From positions 8,527 to 72,526 of the forward strand of contig NZ_DAISXZ010000003.1 of assembly GCF_036825565.1 (NCBI RefSeq): a stretch of 64,000 bases of DNA. Reading direction: 5' to 3'. A program made the position numbers and the translations under genes. Shown one piece after another: positions 46,854-56,234 of this stretch. The notes below the pieces were generated by a model. That model did no database searches. It had not been told where the DNA came from and was given only the letters and a program-made list of their open reading frames with translations. The DNA is from Tepidimonas sp. (lineage in GTDB: Bacteria; Pseudomonadota; Gammaproteobacteria; Burkholderiales; Burkholderiaceae_C). Position 1 is the first letter of the stretch. The number at the start of each line of letters is the position of its first letter.

Positions 46854-47718
46854 AGGCCAGCGCCGCCGGCGACAGCCGCTTGCCGTGCGGATAGACGATT
46901 TGCCAGCGGCGCAACAGCGGAAAGCCCGCCACGTCCAGCGCGATCAGATCGCCCAGCGCCAGCTCGGCGGCCACCGTGTGTGCCGACAGGACGGCCACCC
47001 CCAGCCCGCCGGCGACGGTTTGTTTGACGGCTTCGTTGCTGCCCACCTCCAGCCGGGTACGCAGGCGCGCGCCGTGGGCCGCAAAAAAACGCTCCGTCGT
47101 CAGGCGGGTGCCCGAACCGGGCTCGCGCAGGATGAAGGGTTCCTGCGCCAGTCGTTGTGGAGGGATCGCGCGCACGCCCGTCAGCGGGTGGCCCGGGGGC
47201 GCGATGGGCACGAGGGGGTTGTCGGCAAACGCCTCGCACACCACATCCAGGTGCTCCGGCGGTTGGCCCAGGACGTAGAGGTCGTCCTGGTTTTGCGCCA
47301 GGCGCTGCACCAGCGTCTCGCGGTTGCCCACCACCATGGCCACTTCGATACCCGGGTGCGCCGCGCAAAACCCTCCGAGCAGCTTGGGCACCACGTATTT
47401 GGCGGTGGTGAGGATGGCCAGGCGCAGCCGGCCGCGCTCCACCCCTTGCAGCGCGGCCATGTCCTCCCCCAGCCGCTGTAGCCGGTCTTCGATGTCGCGG
47501 CAGGCGTCGGCCAGGGCGTGCCCGGCTGCCGTCAAGTAGATGCGCTTGCCGATCTGCTCGAACAGCGGCTGCCCCACGGTTTGCGCCAGCTGCTTGACCT
47601 GCAGCGACAGAGTGGGTGGTGCCAGGTGCAAGGCCTCGGCCGCGCGGGCAAAGCTGCCGTGCTGCGCCACCGCCAGAAAAATGCGCAACTGGTGCAGCGT
47701 CAGGTGGCGCGGGTTCAT
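46789..47718 (-). CDS. cbbR: LysR-type Calvin-cycle regulator
   Basis: TLHQLRIF HTH, TTAKY, REPGSGTR, SNEAVKQ; divergent from cbbL. Confidence 0.92.
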   Translation of the reverse strand: MNPRHLTLHQLRIFLAVAQHGSFARAAEALHLAPPTLSLQVKQLAQTVGQPLFEQIGKRIYLTAAGHALADACRDIEDRLQRLGEDMAALQGVERGRLRLAILTTAKYVVPKLLGGFCAAHPGIEVAMVVGNRETLVQRLAQNQDDLYVLGQPPEHLDVVCEAFADNPLVPIAPPGHPLTGVRAIPPQRLAQEPFILREPGSGTRLTTERFFAAHGARLRTRLEVGSNEAVKQTVAGGLGVAVLSAHTVAAELALGDLIALDVAGFPLLRRWQIVYPHGKRLSPAALAFKAWLRDHRPTAAVPSPSAAG

Positions 47719-47720
47719 CG

Positions 47721-47767
47721 TTTTATCGGGATAAAAGGAACGCGTTGAAATATTTTACTTTTCTTGA
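47721..47767. promoter_or_regulatory. putative CbbR binding region
   Basis: AT-rich; perfect inverted repeat TTTTATC-GG-GATAAAA (47721-47736); T-N11-A boxes at 47745-47757 and TTA-N7-TGA at 47755-47767. Confidence 0.6.
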
Positions 47768-47847
47768 AACCAACTCACGCCTACGATCCACACCAGCCCC
47801 GCAATGACGGGTTCGCGCAACCGCCACGAGATTCCCGAGGAGTGAGC

Positions 47848-49269
47848 ATGGCCGTCAAGACCTACAACGCCGGCGTCAAGGAGTACCGCCAGACGTACTG
47901 GATGCCCGATTACACCCCGTTGGACACCGACTTGCTGGCGGTGTTCAAGATCGTGCCCCAGCCGGGCGTGGACCGCGAGGAGGCGGCCGCGGCCGTGGCG
48001 GCCGAGTCGTCCACCGGGACGTGGACGACGGTGTGGACCGACCTGCTGACCGACCTCGATTATTACAAGGGCCGTGCCTACCGCATCGAGGACGTGCCGG
48101 GCGACGACACGGCGTTCTACGCCTTCATCGCCTACCCGATCGACCTGTTCGAGGAAGGCTCGGTGGTCAACGTGTTCACCTCGCTGGTGGGCAACGTGTT
48201 CGGCTTCAAGGCGGTGCGCTCGCTGCGTCTGGAGGATGTGCGCTTCCCGATCGCCTACGTCAAGACCTGTGGCGGCCCGCCGCACGGCATCCAGGTCGAG
48301 CGCGACCTGATGAACAAGTACGGCCGTCCGCTGCTGGGCTGCACGATCAAGCCCAAGCTGGGTCTTTCCGGCAAGAACTACGGCCGTGCCGTTTACGAGG
48401 CGCTGCGCGGTGGCCTGGACTTCACCAAAGACGACGAGAACGTCAACAGCCAGCCGTTCATGCGCTGGAAGCAGCGCTTCGACTTCGTGCAGGAGGCCGT
48501 CGAGAAGGCCGAGCGCGAGACCGGTGAGCGCAAGGGGCACTACCTCAACGTGACGGCGCCGACGCCGGACGAAATGTTCAAGCGCGCCGAGTACGCCAAG
48601 GAAATCGGCGCGCCGATCATCATGCACGACTACCTGACCGGCGGCTTCTGCGCCCACACCGGTCTGGCCAACTGGTGCCGTGAGAACGGCATGCTGCTGC
48701 ACGTGCACCGCGCGATGCACGCCGTGATCGACCGCAACCCCTACCACGGCATCCACTTCCGCGTGCTGACCAAGGTGCTGCGCCTGATGGGCGGCGACCA
48801 CCTGCACACCGGCACCGTGGTGGGCAAGCTGGAGGGAGACCGCCAGGCTACGCTGGGTTGGGTGGACCTGCTGCGCGAGTCGTTCGTGCCGGAGGATCGC
48901 AGCCGCGGCATCTTCTTCGACCAGGACTGGGGCTCGATGCCGGGCGCTTTCGCGGTGGCCTCGGGCGGCATTCACGTCTGGCACATGCCGGCGCTGCTGG
49001 CCATCTTTGGCGACGACGCGGTGTTCCAGTTCGGCGGTGGCACGCTCGGCCACCCGTGGGGCAACGCCGCCGGTGCGCACGCCAACCGCGTGGCGCTGGA
49101 GGCCTGCGTGCAGGCGCGCAACGAGGGGCGCCAGATCGAGAAGGAAGGCAAGGAGATCCTCACTGCCGCCGCCCAGCATTCGCCGGAGCTCAAGATCGCG
49201 ATGGAGACCTGGAAGGAGATCAAGTTCGAGTTCGACGTCGTCGACAAGCTCGACGTGCAGCACAAGTGA
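47848..49269 (+). CDS. cbbL: RuBisCO form IA large subunit
   Basis: [41 protein letters not shown]; 473 aa. Confidence 0.99.
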   Translation: MAVKTYNAGVKEYRQTYWMPDYTPLDTDLLAVFKIVPQPGVDREEAAAAVAAESSTGTWTTVWTDLLTDLDYYKGRAYRIEDVPGDDTAFYAFIAYPIDLFEEGSVVNVFTSLVGNVFGFKAVRSLRLEDVRFPIAYVKTCGGPPHGIQVERDLMNKYGRPLLGCTIKPKLGLSGKNYGRAVYEALRGGLDFTKDDENVNSQPFMRWKQRFDFVQEAVEKAERETGERKGHYLNVTAPTPDEMFKRAEYAKEIGAPIIMHDYLTGGFCAHTGLANWCRENGMLLHVHRAMHAVIDRNPYHGIHFRVLTKVLRLMGGDHLHTGTVVGKLEGDRQATLGWVDLLRESFVPEDRSRGIFFDQDWGSMPGAFAVASGGIHVWHMPALLAIFGDDAVFQFGGGTLGHPWGNAAGAHANRVALEACVQARNEGRQIEKEGKEILTAAAQHSPELKIAMETWKEIKFEFDVVDKLDVQHK

Positions 49270-49308
49270 TCGCCGCCTACCGAACCGACCCGATTCAGGA
49301 GATCCATC

Positions 49309-49629
49309 ATGCAAGCCTACAAGCAGTCGCTCAAGCACGAAACCTTCTCGTACCTGCCGCAGATGACGCCGGACCAGGTGCGCCGCCAGATTGCGTACGC
49401 GCTGGCGCAGGGCTGGAACCCGGCGGTGGAGCACACCGAGCGCGGCACCCCCGCCAAGGAGAGCTACTGGTACATGTGGAAGCTGCCAATGTTCGGCGAG
49501 CAGTCGGTCGACGCCGTGCTGGCCGAAATCGAGGCCTGCCATCGCGAGTTCCCGAACCACATGGTGCGCTTCGTCGCCTACGACAACTACGCGCAGAGCC
49601 AGGGCCTGACGTTCGTCGTCTATCGCTGA
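49309..49629 (+). CDS. cbbS: RuBisCO small subunit (carboxysomal IA type)
   Basis: [28 protein letters not shown]. Confidence 0.98.
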   Translation: MQAYKQSLKHETFSYLPQMTPDQVRRQIAYALAQGWNPAVEHTERGTPAKESYWYMWKLPMFGEQSVDAVLAEIEACHREFPNHMVRFVAYDNYAQSQGLTFVVYR

Positions 49630-49719
49630 CGTGCGGGGCGCAGGGTGGCGCGGCCCGGCGCAGCCGAGGCCCCACCCCCTGCGATGTGTGACCGACAGTT
49701 CTCGAGGAAGGAGTCCCCC

Positions 49720-51648
49720 ATGGACGGGACGGTGGTGAAGGCTGCCCTTTCGGGGCGGGAGCTGGCGCGCCAGCGGCGGCAGGCGCTGGCGCAGCAAGGG
49801 CGCGGTGCGCTGCCGACGCTGCGCAGCGCGATGGCGCGCAGCCAAGCTGCAGCCGTAGCGCCGGCGGCCAGCGCGGATGGCGGCTGCGGCTGTGGCTGCG
49901 GCGGGCGTCAGTCCTGTCAGCGCGAGGCCAGCGACGGCCTCGCACGCATGCTGGCCGCCGCGACCGCACCGGGCGGCTGCGGCGACGCCGGCGTGCGCAC
50001 CGCTGCGCACGTGGAAGACAAGCCGCGTGTGGCGCCGCCCACCGGGCGCACGCTGGCGCAAGCACGCCGCGCCGCGCTGGCGCGCGAGGGCAAGGCGGGC
50101 TTGACGCGCGTGGCGCAAGCCACGCGGCTGGCCACCACGATGCCGGATCGCGACTGGCGCGAGGCGCTGCAAAAGGGTGCCACGGGTCGTCAGCTAGCCA
50201 TGCAGCGCCGTACGCTGTTGGCGTTGACCGGCCGCGCCGGGTTGGCCGCCTCCACCGAGCCGGCCGCCGGTACGCGCCCGAGCGGCCGCGTGCGCCCCAG
50301 CGCCGCGCTGCGCGAGGCCGCGCACACCGAGGAGGGCCATACCCTGTCCGGCCAACGCATCAGCGGCACACAGGTTGAGCGCAGCCAGAAGGTCACCGGC
50401 ATGGAGGCCGGCACCTGTCGCCAGATCACCGGCACCGAATACATCGGGCAGGAGCAATTCGAGGCGTGGTGCGCCTCGCGTCCGCAGCCGGCGCCGCCGA
50501 AGGTTACCGTAACCCACACCGAGCGCGGTCGTACCGTCACCGGCAGCCACACCGGACTCAACCCCAAGGTGAGCGGTAACGAGACCGGTGCCTGCCGCGG
50601 CATCACCGGCACGCGTTACCTGGCGGCCGAAGACGTGGCGCTGTGTGAGCAAGTGGCCCCGCGCGCGCCGCACAAGGTCAGCGTGATGTCCTCGCGCGCA
50701 GACAACGAGGTCACCGGCACGCCGGTCGGCCGTAGCCCCAAAGTCACCGGCAACGAGGCCGGAGCGCAGCGGCCGATCTCCGGTACGCAGTACGCCCTTT
50801 CCGCCGGCGGCGCCGCGGGGGTGCGGGCTGGCACGGCGTCGCGCCGCGCCAGTTTGCCGGTGCGCGAGGACGTCGCGCCCGCCGAGCCGGCCGTCATCGC
50901 CCCGGCCGTGGCCGCCGGCGACACGGCCCCGGCGCAGGCCGAGCGCATGCCGGCGGGTTTTGCCTTGGCCACCGTCAGCGGTGACAGCCCGGGGGCGGGC
51001 GGTGGCCGCATCACCGGTGACGAGCGCGGCGCTTGCGAGCCGGTCACCGGCACACCCTACCTCGGGCCCGACAACCTGAGCGGCGGCTGCACGCTGAGTG
51101 GCCACTGGCTGACGCGCTACCCGGAGCTGGCCGCCAGCGAGGCGCCACCGGCCCCGCGTGACTTCAGCATCCAGCCTCCGGCGCGCCAAGCATCGGAGCG
51201 CCGCCAGCGGATCACCGGCAGCGGCGGCGCCGACGAGGCCTCGCTGCGCGTCACCGGTCCGGGCATGAAGGCGCAGGGCCTCATCACCGGCACGCCGGAG
51301 TTTCGCCACGGCTCGGCGGCGGCCAGTGCGCCCTGGGTGGCGGCAGCAGCGGCCAGCGCCCCGGCGCTGGCACCGGCCGAGCGCGTCACTGGGGAAGGAT
51401 CGGCTCCGCGTTCGGTGCGCATCACCGGGGATGCGTGGGGCAGCGAGCGCCGCGTCACCGGCACCGAGGGGACCTCGGCCATGGTGCGCAACCCGACGCA
51501 GCGCGGCATGCCGCGGCCGCTCGGGGCGCAGGCCCGCCACCTGCGTGCCATCGAGCGCGACGAAGTGCCGCTGAGCCCGATCACCGGCAGCAGCGGCAAC
51601 ACGCCGCGCGGCGCCGTGGTCACCGTCTCCGGTGGGGCTCGCGGCTGA
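49720..51648 (+). CDS. csoS2: alpha-carboxysome scaffold protein
   Basis: N-terminal R-rich RxxxxxG[KR] helices, [VI][TS]G triplet repeats, C-terminus ITGSSGN...VTVSGGARG. Confidence 0.95.
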   Translation: MDGTVVKAALSGRELARQRRQALAQQGRGALPTLRSAMARSQAAAVAPAASADGGCGCGCGGRQSCQREASDGLARMLAAATAPGGCGDAGVRTAAHVEDKPRVAPPTGRTLAQARRAALAREGKAGLTRVAQATRLATTMPDRDWREALQKGATGRQLAMQRRTLLALTGRAGLAASTEPAAGTRPSGRVRPSAALREAAHTEEGHTLSGQRISGTQVERSQKVTGMEAGTCRQITGTEYIGQEQFEAWCASRPQPAPPKVTVTHTERGRTVTGSHTGLNPKVSGNETGACRGITGTRYLAAEDVALCEQVAPRAPHKVSVMSSRADNEVTGTPVGRSPKVTGNEAGAQRPISGTQYALSAGGAAGVRAGTASRRASLPVREDVAPAEPAVIAPAVAAGDTAPAQAERMPAGFALATVSGDSPGAGGGRITGDERGACEPVTGTPYLGPDNLSGGCTLSGHWLTRYPELAASEAPPAPRDFSIQPPARQASERRQRITGSGGADEASLRVTGPGMKAQGLITGTPEFRHGSAAASAPWVAAAAASAPALAPAERVTGEGSAPRSVRITGDAWGSERRVTGTEGTSAMVRNPTQRGMPRPLGAQARHLRAIERDEVPLSPITGSSGNTPRGAVVTVSGGARG

Positions 51649-51710
51649 CCGCCGCGCACGACGCGCACCACGCACCCGACGACGCCGCTCGCGACACGGA
51701 AACGACGACG

Positions 51711-53267
51711 ATGGATACGCGCAAACGCCAGCTCGCTCTGCAGCGCGCCGCCCGTGCCACGCTGCCGCGGCACGGCCTGCAAATGGCCGCCGCGCAGGCC
51801 GTGCCGGCCGTGCAGGCGCCGTTGCCGAACCCGGCCTGCGTGCCGGGAGAGGGGCGCAGCTGCCGCCATGCGTTGACCGACGTGGCGCTCAACGCCGCCC
51901 TGTATGCCTACGAGCAGGCGGTGCGCGGCCGTTTCGAGTCGATCGAGGATGTGCTGCGCACGCTGTCGGCCTGGCAGCACGAGCGTGATTTCGTCGAGCG
52001 CGCGCAGGCGCTGGCGCGCCAGAGGCTGGACTTCGAGTGGCCGCTGGCGGCGTTGGACAGCGCTTGGGTGGCCGGCGTCGACATGGCGGCCCTGCACGCC
52101 CACGCGATGTTCGAGACGATCCGCCGCTGCGTGGCGCTGGCGCCGCAGGACGGGGCACCATGGCGTGCGCGCCTGCCGGTGCAGGTCGATACGCTGCGCG
52201 CCTGCGGCGTGCACACCCTGGATGTCAGCCCGTGCGCCGATGGCCGCCTGCAAGGGTTGTTGCCGTTCGTGCTGCGCACCGTGCCGGCCGATCACGTGGT
52301 GGTCAAGGCCTATGCGGGAGCCCTCTTCGACGTCGAGCTCGACGTGCAGGAGTGGACGCAGCGCGAGCTGGAGCGCCTCACCGGCCTGATCGAAGGCGGC
52401 GAGGGGCTCGACTACCTGAAGGTGGCGATCTATCACTTCAGTTCGTCGCATCCGCAGCACGAGGGTTGCGCGGCGCACGGCAGCCATGACGCGCGCGCGG
52501 TGGCCGCGGCGATCGAGCGCCTGCACGCGCTGCGGGCCGCGGTCGACAACACCTTTGGCGATGGCGCCGCGCCGCTGGTCATGCTGATCGGGGTGGACAC
52601 CGATCTCGACGCGATCCGCATCCATCTACCCGATCCGCGCGGACAGCTGCATGCCGACCGCTTTCTGGATGCGGCCACGCTGTACCGTGAGACGCTCGGT
52701 CTGGACGCCGCCAGCGCCCGCCGCCGGCTGCACGACGCCGTGGCCGCGCACGTGCGCGAGCTGGGTGGGGTGCTGGCGCGCACGCCCGGCGCCGATGGCT
52801 TGGCGCGGCTGGCCGCGCTGTGGCTGGAGGCCAACCTGTCGCAGATCGAATACGTCATCGAGCACCACGACGGCCGCTACGCCGTCATCGGGCACGACGA
52901 GCACTTCGTCTGCGTCGGCGACGCGCTGCCGCCGCTGCAGCTGCGCAACCAGTATTACCACGCCCATCTCGACACCGTCGAGGAGGGCACGGCGGATCTG
53001 GACGTCGGCGTCAAGATTTTCACCGGTTTGAATCTGCGGCGCGGGCTGGCTTTGCCGGTCTTGGTGCATTTCACCTATTCGTCGCGCGTGCCGGGGGCGC
53101 GCGAGCGCGCGGTGGCGCGCGGCCAGCGCGTGCTGGAGGCGATCCGGACGCGCTACCGTCACTGGGACGAACGCGGCCTGCTGCACGGGCGCGTGGCGGT
53201 CAGCGACCGTCACGACCGCGAGACCGTAGCGCTGGTCGATGAGCCGGTGCCGGCGGTGGGGCATTGA
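51711..53267 (+). CDS. csoSCA: carboxysomal carbonic anhydrase
   Basis: CRHALTD, SPCADGRL, YHFSSSHP..GCAAHGS Zn-ligand motifs, GVDTDLDAIRIH, HLDTVEEG. Confidence 0.95.
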   Translation: MDTRKRQLALQRAARATLPRHGLQMAAAQAVPAVQAPLPNPACVPGEGRSCRHALTDVALNAALYAYEQAVRGRFESIEDVLRTLSAWQHERDFVERAQALARQRLDFEWPLAALDSAWVAGVDMAALHAHAMFETIRRCVALAPQDGAPWRARLPVQVDTLRACGVHTLDVSPCADGRLQGLLPFVLRTVPADHVVVKAYAGALFDVELDVQEWTQRELERLTGLIEGGEGLDYLKVAIYHFSSSHPQHEGCAAHGSHDARAVAAAIERLHALRAAVDNTFGDGAAPLVMLIGVDTDLDAIRIHLPDPRGQLHADRFLDAATLYRETLGLDAASARRRLHDAVAAHVRELGGVLARTPGADGLARLAALWLEANLSQIEYVIEHHDGRYAVIGHDEHFVCVGDALPPLQLRNQYYHAHLDTVEEGTADLDVGVKIFTGLNLRRGLALPVLVHFTYSSRVPGARERAVARGQRVLEAIRTRYRHWDERGLLHGRVAVSDRHDRETVALVDEPVPAVGH

Positions 53268-53294
53268 AACGGGCATGACGCGAGGCACGAGACG

Positions 53295-53549
53295 ATGAAG
53301 ATCATGCGCGTGGAAAAGACCCTGGTGTCGACGAACCGCATCGAGGCGTTCGGCCACCGGCCGCTGCTGGTGGTGCAGGAGAAAGTCGGCGGCTCGCGCA
53401 GCGTCGCGGTGGATGCGGTGGGCTGCGTGCCGGGCGATTGGGTCATTTGCGTCGGCTCCTCGGCGGCGCGCGAGGCGGCCGGGTCGAAGGATTTTCCGTC
53501 CGACCTGACCATCGTCGGCATCATCGACCACTGGAATCCGGAAGGGTGA
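53295..53549 (+). CDS. csoS4A: carboxysome vertex pentamer A
   Basis: MKIMRVEKTLVSTNR...VGSSAAREAAG...DLTIVGIIDHW. Confidence 0.96.
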   Translation: MKIMRVEKTLVSTNRIEAFGHRPLLVVQEKVGGSRSVAVDAVGCVPGDWVICVGSSAAREAAGSKDFPSDLTIVGIIDHWNPEG

Positions 53550-53555
53550 GCGGCG

Positions 53556-53861
53556 ATGGACATCGTGCGAGTGGTCGACGATTTGGTCTGCACGCGCCGC
53601 GTGCCGGGTCTGGGCAGCGCTTCGCTGCGTGTGGTACGCAGCGCCCAAGGGGTGGTGTCGGTGGCCACCGACCCGGTCGGCGCACCGGTGGGCCGCTGGG
53701 TGTTTGCCACCACCGGCAGCGCGGCGCGGTTGGCGATGCCGGACAAGACGTGCATGACCGATCTGACGATCTGCGGAATCATCGACCACTGGGACGAAGA
53801 CGTCCCAGCGGTCACGGAGCATCGAGCCACGGGCGCAGGGTCCGGGGCGAGCAAGGGGTGA
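53556..53861 (+). CDS. csoS4B: carboxysome vertex pentamer B
   Basis: LVCTRRV...VATDPVG...WVF..GSAAR...TDLTICGIIDHW, plus a ~20-aa tail. Confidence 0.93.
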   Translation: MDIVRVVDDLVCTRRVPGLGSASLRVVRSAQGVVSVATDPVGAPVGRWVFATTGSAARLAMPDKTCMTDLTICGIIDHWDEDVPAVTEHRATGAGSGASKG

Positions 53862-53912
53862 GCCGATCGGCTCAGGTGTTTGAAAGCAAACGTGACCACG
53901 AGGAGTAGAGCA

Positions 53913-54209
53913 ATGGCGAACACGACGGGTATTGCCCTGGGCATGATCGAGACGCGCGGACTGGTGCCGGCGATCGAGGCGGCCGACGCGATGACCAAGG
54001 CGGCGGAGGTGCGGCTGATCGGCCGCCAGTTCGTTGGCGGCGGTTATGTGACGGTGATGGTGCGTGGCGAGACCGGCGCGGTCAACGCGGCGGTGCGCGC
54101 AGGGGCCGATGCGTGCGAGCGCGTCGGCGACGGCCTGGTGGCTGCGCACATCATCGCGCGCGTGCACAGCGAGGTCGAGGGCATCCTGCCCACCGCGCCG
54201 ACGGTTTGA
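53913..54209 (+). CDS. csoS1: carboxysome shell hexamer (CsoS1A/C type)
   Basis: GIALGMIETRGLVPAIEAADAMTKAAEV...AAHIIARVHSEVE. Confidence 0.97.
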   Translation: MANTTGIALGMIETRGLVPAIEAADAMTKAAEVRLIGRQFVGGGYVTVMVRGETGAVNAAVRAGADACERVGDGLVAAHIIARVHSEVEGILPTAPTV

Positions 54210-54557
54210 CTACGACGGTGCGACCCCCCAGCGCCGCCCCACGTGGCGGCGCCCCACGAATGACGACAGGAGTGCGACCATGGCGACGATGACGGGTATT
54301 GCCCTGGGCATGATCGAGACGCGCGGGCTGGTGCCGGCGATCGAGGCGGCCGACGCGATGACCAAAGCGGCGGAGGTGCGGCTGATCGGCCGCCAGTTCG
54401 TTGGCGGCGGTTATGTGACGGTGATGGTGCGTGGCGAGACCGGCGCGGTCAACGCGGCGGTGCGCGCAGGGGCCGATGCGTGCGAGCGCGTCGGCGACGG
54501 CCTGGTGGCTGCGCACATCATCGCGCGCGTGCACAGCGAGGTCGAGGGCATCCTGCC
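53924..54557 (+). repeat. 267-bp direct repeat formed by the two csoS1 cores (53924-54190 and 54291-54557)
   Basis: Only two synonymous differences seen (GGA/GGG, AAG/AAA). Confidence 0.9.
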
Positions 54558-54618
54558 GACGCGTCCCGACGCCGACGGCGGCGGCCGCGACGCCGAGGTC
54601 ACCTCCACGCGCAGCTGA
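54280..54618 (+). CDS. csoS1: carboxysome shell hexamer with C-terminal extension (CsoS1B type)
   Basis: Same BMC core plus the tail RPDADGGGRDAEVTSTRS. Confidence 0.96.
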   Translation: MATMTGIALGMIETRGLVPAIEAADAMTKAAEVRLIGRQFVGGGYVTVMVRGETGAVNAAVRAGADACERVGDGLVAAHIIARVHSEVEGILPTRPDADGGGRDAEVTSTRS

Positions 54619-54650
54619 GGCGCAACGAGCACGCAGCGAAAGGGGCGACC

Positions 54651-55067
54651 ATGGCGGCCGATGCACGGGTCCTGGGGTGGCTGACGCGCGCGCTGCAGCA
54701 CGAAATGACCGCCGTGCAGCAGTACCTGGCGCAGTCGGTGCTAGCACGGCTGACCGGGTATGGCGAGCTGGCCGAGCGGCTGCGCAGCGAAGCGCTGGAG
54801 GAACTGGCGCACGCCGAGCGGCTGATGCAGCGGCTCATCGAGCTGGGCGTGGCACCCGCTGCCGGCAACGTGCCGCCGGCGCGGCTCGGGCGTGGCGTGG
54901 TCGATTTCGCCACGCTGAACCGCCAGCTCGAGCAGACGGCCGTCGTGCTGTACCAGGATGCCGCCGACCATGCGCGCCGCGTGCGCGACGCCGTCAGCGA
55001 GGCGCTGCTGCGCGAACTGGCGGCCGAGGAAGCAGCCCACTACGGGGCCTGGAGCCACGAAGGCTGA
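54651..55067 (+). CDS. carboxysome-locus bacterioferritin-like protein
   Basis: LTRALQHEMTAVQQY, EELAHAERL, EEAAH four-helix ferritin pattern. Confidence 0.85.
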   Translation: MAADARVLGWLTRALQHEMTAVQQYLAQSVLARLTGYGELAERLRSEALEELAHAERLMQRLIELGVAPAAGNVPPARLGRGVVDFATLNRQLEQTAVVLYQDAADHARRVRDAVSEALLRELAAEEAAHYGAWSHEG

Positions 55068-55095
55068 CCGCACCATCGAGTAAAGGGGAATGCCG

Positions 55096-55368
55096 ATGAG
55101 CGACACCACCGTCGAAGGTTGGACCGAGCAGGCGCGCCCGCCGGCGCTGTTTCGCCGCTTTGCGTTCGAGCGTTACGCCGACACGCGCGCCTTCCTGGAC
55201 CGCGTCGCCGCGGTGCAGGAGGAGCTGGGCATCGCCCCGCAAAACATCAGTTTCGGCACCACGTACGTCAACGTCACCATCGCCGGGGGCGAGGGCGGCG
55301 TCGGTGAGGCCGAGCGTGAACTGGCGCGGCGCATCGCCGCTGCGGCCGCCGCAGGCGTGACGGCATGA
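55096..55368 (+). CDS. pterin-dehydratase-like RuBisCO assembly factor (acRAF/Raf2)
   Basis: W.EQARP..LFRRFAF..Y..TR.FLD...ISFGTTYVNVTI; position in the cso locus. Confidence 0.85.
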   Translation: MSDTTVEGWTEQARPPALFRRFAFERYADTRAFLDRVAAVQEELGIAPQNISFGTTYVNVTIAGGEGGVGEAERELARRIAAAAAAGVTA

Positions 55369-55973
55369 CGTGGCGCGCGCTGCCACGCCGTTTGGCCGTG
55401 CTCAACGCCAAGGGCGGCACGGGCAAGACGACGCTGGCGGTGCAGCTGGCCGCAGGGCTGGCGCGGCGCGGCCCCACCGCGCTGGGCGATCTGGATCCGC
55501 AGGGTTCGGCCGCGCAGTGGTTGCGCGCAGGAGGGGTGCCGGTGCACGATGGCGAGGCCGTCTGGCGCGTCGACGCCGCGCATCTGGTGTGGGACTGCCC
55601 GCCCAGCGTCGAGCATCCAGCCGCGCAACGGGCCCTGCGGGAGGCCGACGCGGTGCTGGTGCCGGTGCTGCCGTCGCCGCTGGACCTGTGGGCCAGCTGG
55701 CGGCTGGTGGAGGCGATTCGCGCCGAGCAGGCACGCCGTGCCGCACTGCGCGCCTGGCTGGTGGTCAACCAGCTGGAACCGGGCAGCGCGCTGTCGGCGG
55801 CGATGCACGAGGCGCTGCGCGAGTTCGAACTGCCGGCGCTGCGCGCGGTGGTGCGCCGCCGCGCCGTCTACCGCAGCGCGGCGCTGCAAGGCGTCAGCGT
55901 CTATGACCTCGGGCCACGTGCCGCCGCGGCCGTGGCCGATATCGAAGCCGTGATCGAGGAGATGCAAGCATGA
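55365..55973 (+). CDS. mcdA: ParA-type carboxysome positioning ATPase
   Basis: KGGTGKTT deviant Walker A, DLDPQGS, DCPP; followed by a McdB-like gene. Confidence 0.88.
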   Translation: MTWRALPRRLAVLNAKGGTGKTTLAVQLAAGLARRGPTALGDLDPQGSAAQWLRAGGVPVHDGEAVWRVDAAHLVWDCPPSVEHPAAQRALREADAVLVPVLPSPLDLWASWRLVEAIRAEQARRAALRAWLVVNQLEPGSALSAAMHEALREFELPALRAVVRRRAVYRSAALQGVSVYDLGPRAAAAVADIEAVIEEMQA

Positions 55974-56200
55974 GCCGCACCACCGCACAGCGTCTGGCCG
56001 CCAGTGTGCGCGGCGCCCGCCGCGGCGCCGCTGCGCAGCCCGACCCCGCCGCGCCGGCGCGCCCGCGCCGCCGCCCCGCGGCCCCCGCAGAGCCGGCCAG
56101 CGCCGCTCAGCCGCCCACGGTGCCTGCCGCGGCGGCGGTGGACGCCGCCCCGGCCCCGAGTGCGCAGGAGCTGTTCCCGCGCCGTGTCTGGCCCGACTGA
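55970..56200 (+). CDS. mcdB: carboxysome positioning adaptor
   Basis: Basic N-terminus, disordered Pro/Ala middle, C-terminal RVWPD; ATGA overlap with mcdA. Confidence 0.85.
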   Translation: MSRTTAQRLAASVRGARRGAAAQPDPAAPARPRRRPAAPAEPASAAQPPTVPAAAAVDAAPAPSAQELFPRRVWPD

Positions 56201-56234
56201 GAACCGAACCCTCCGAGCAGTGAGTGACCCGACG

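Noticed and set aside
50737..50743. CCCAAAG as a functional CsoS2 -1 frameshift site
   Set aside because: It is read as CCC-AAA-G, not the X-XXY-YYZ register (C-CCA-AAG) needed for tandem slippage.
55365..56200. ParA plus small gene as a plasmid or prophage partition cassette
   Set aside because: The context and the C-terminal RVWPD motif identify it as McdAB carboxysome positioning.
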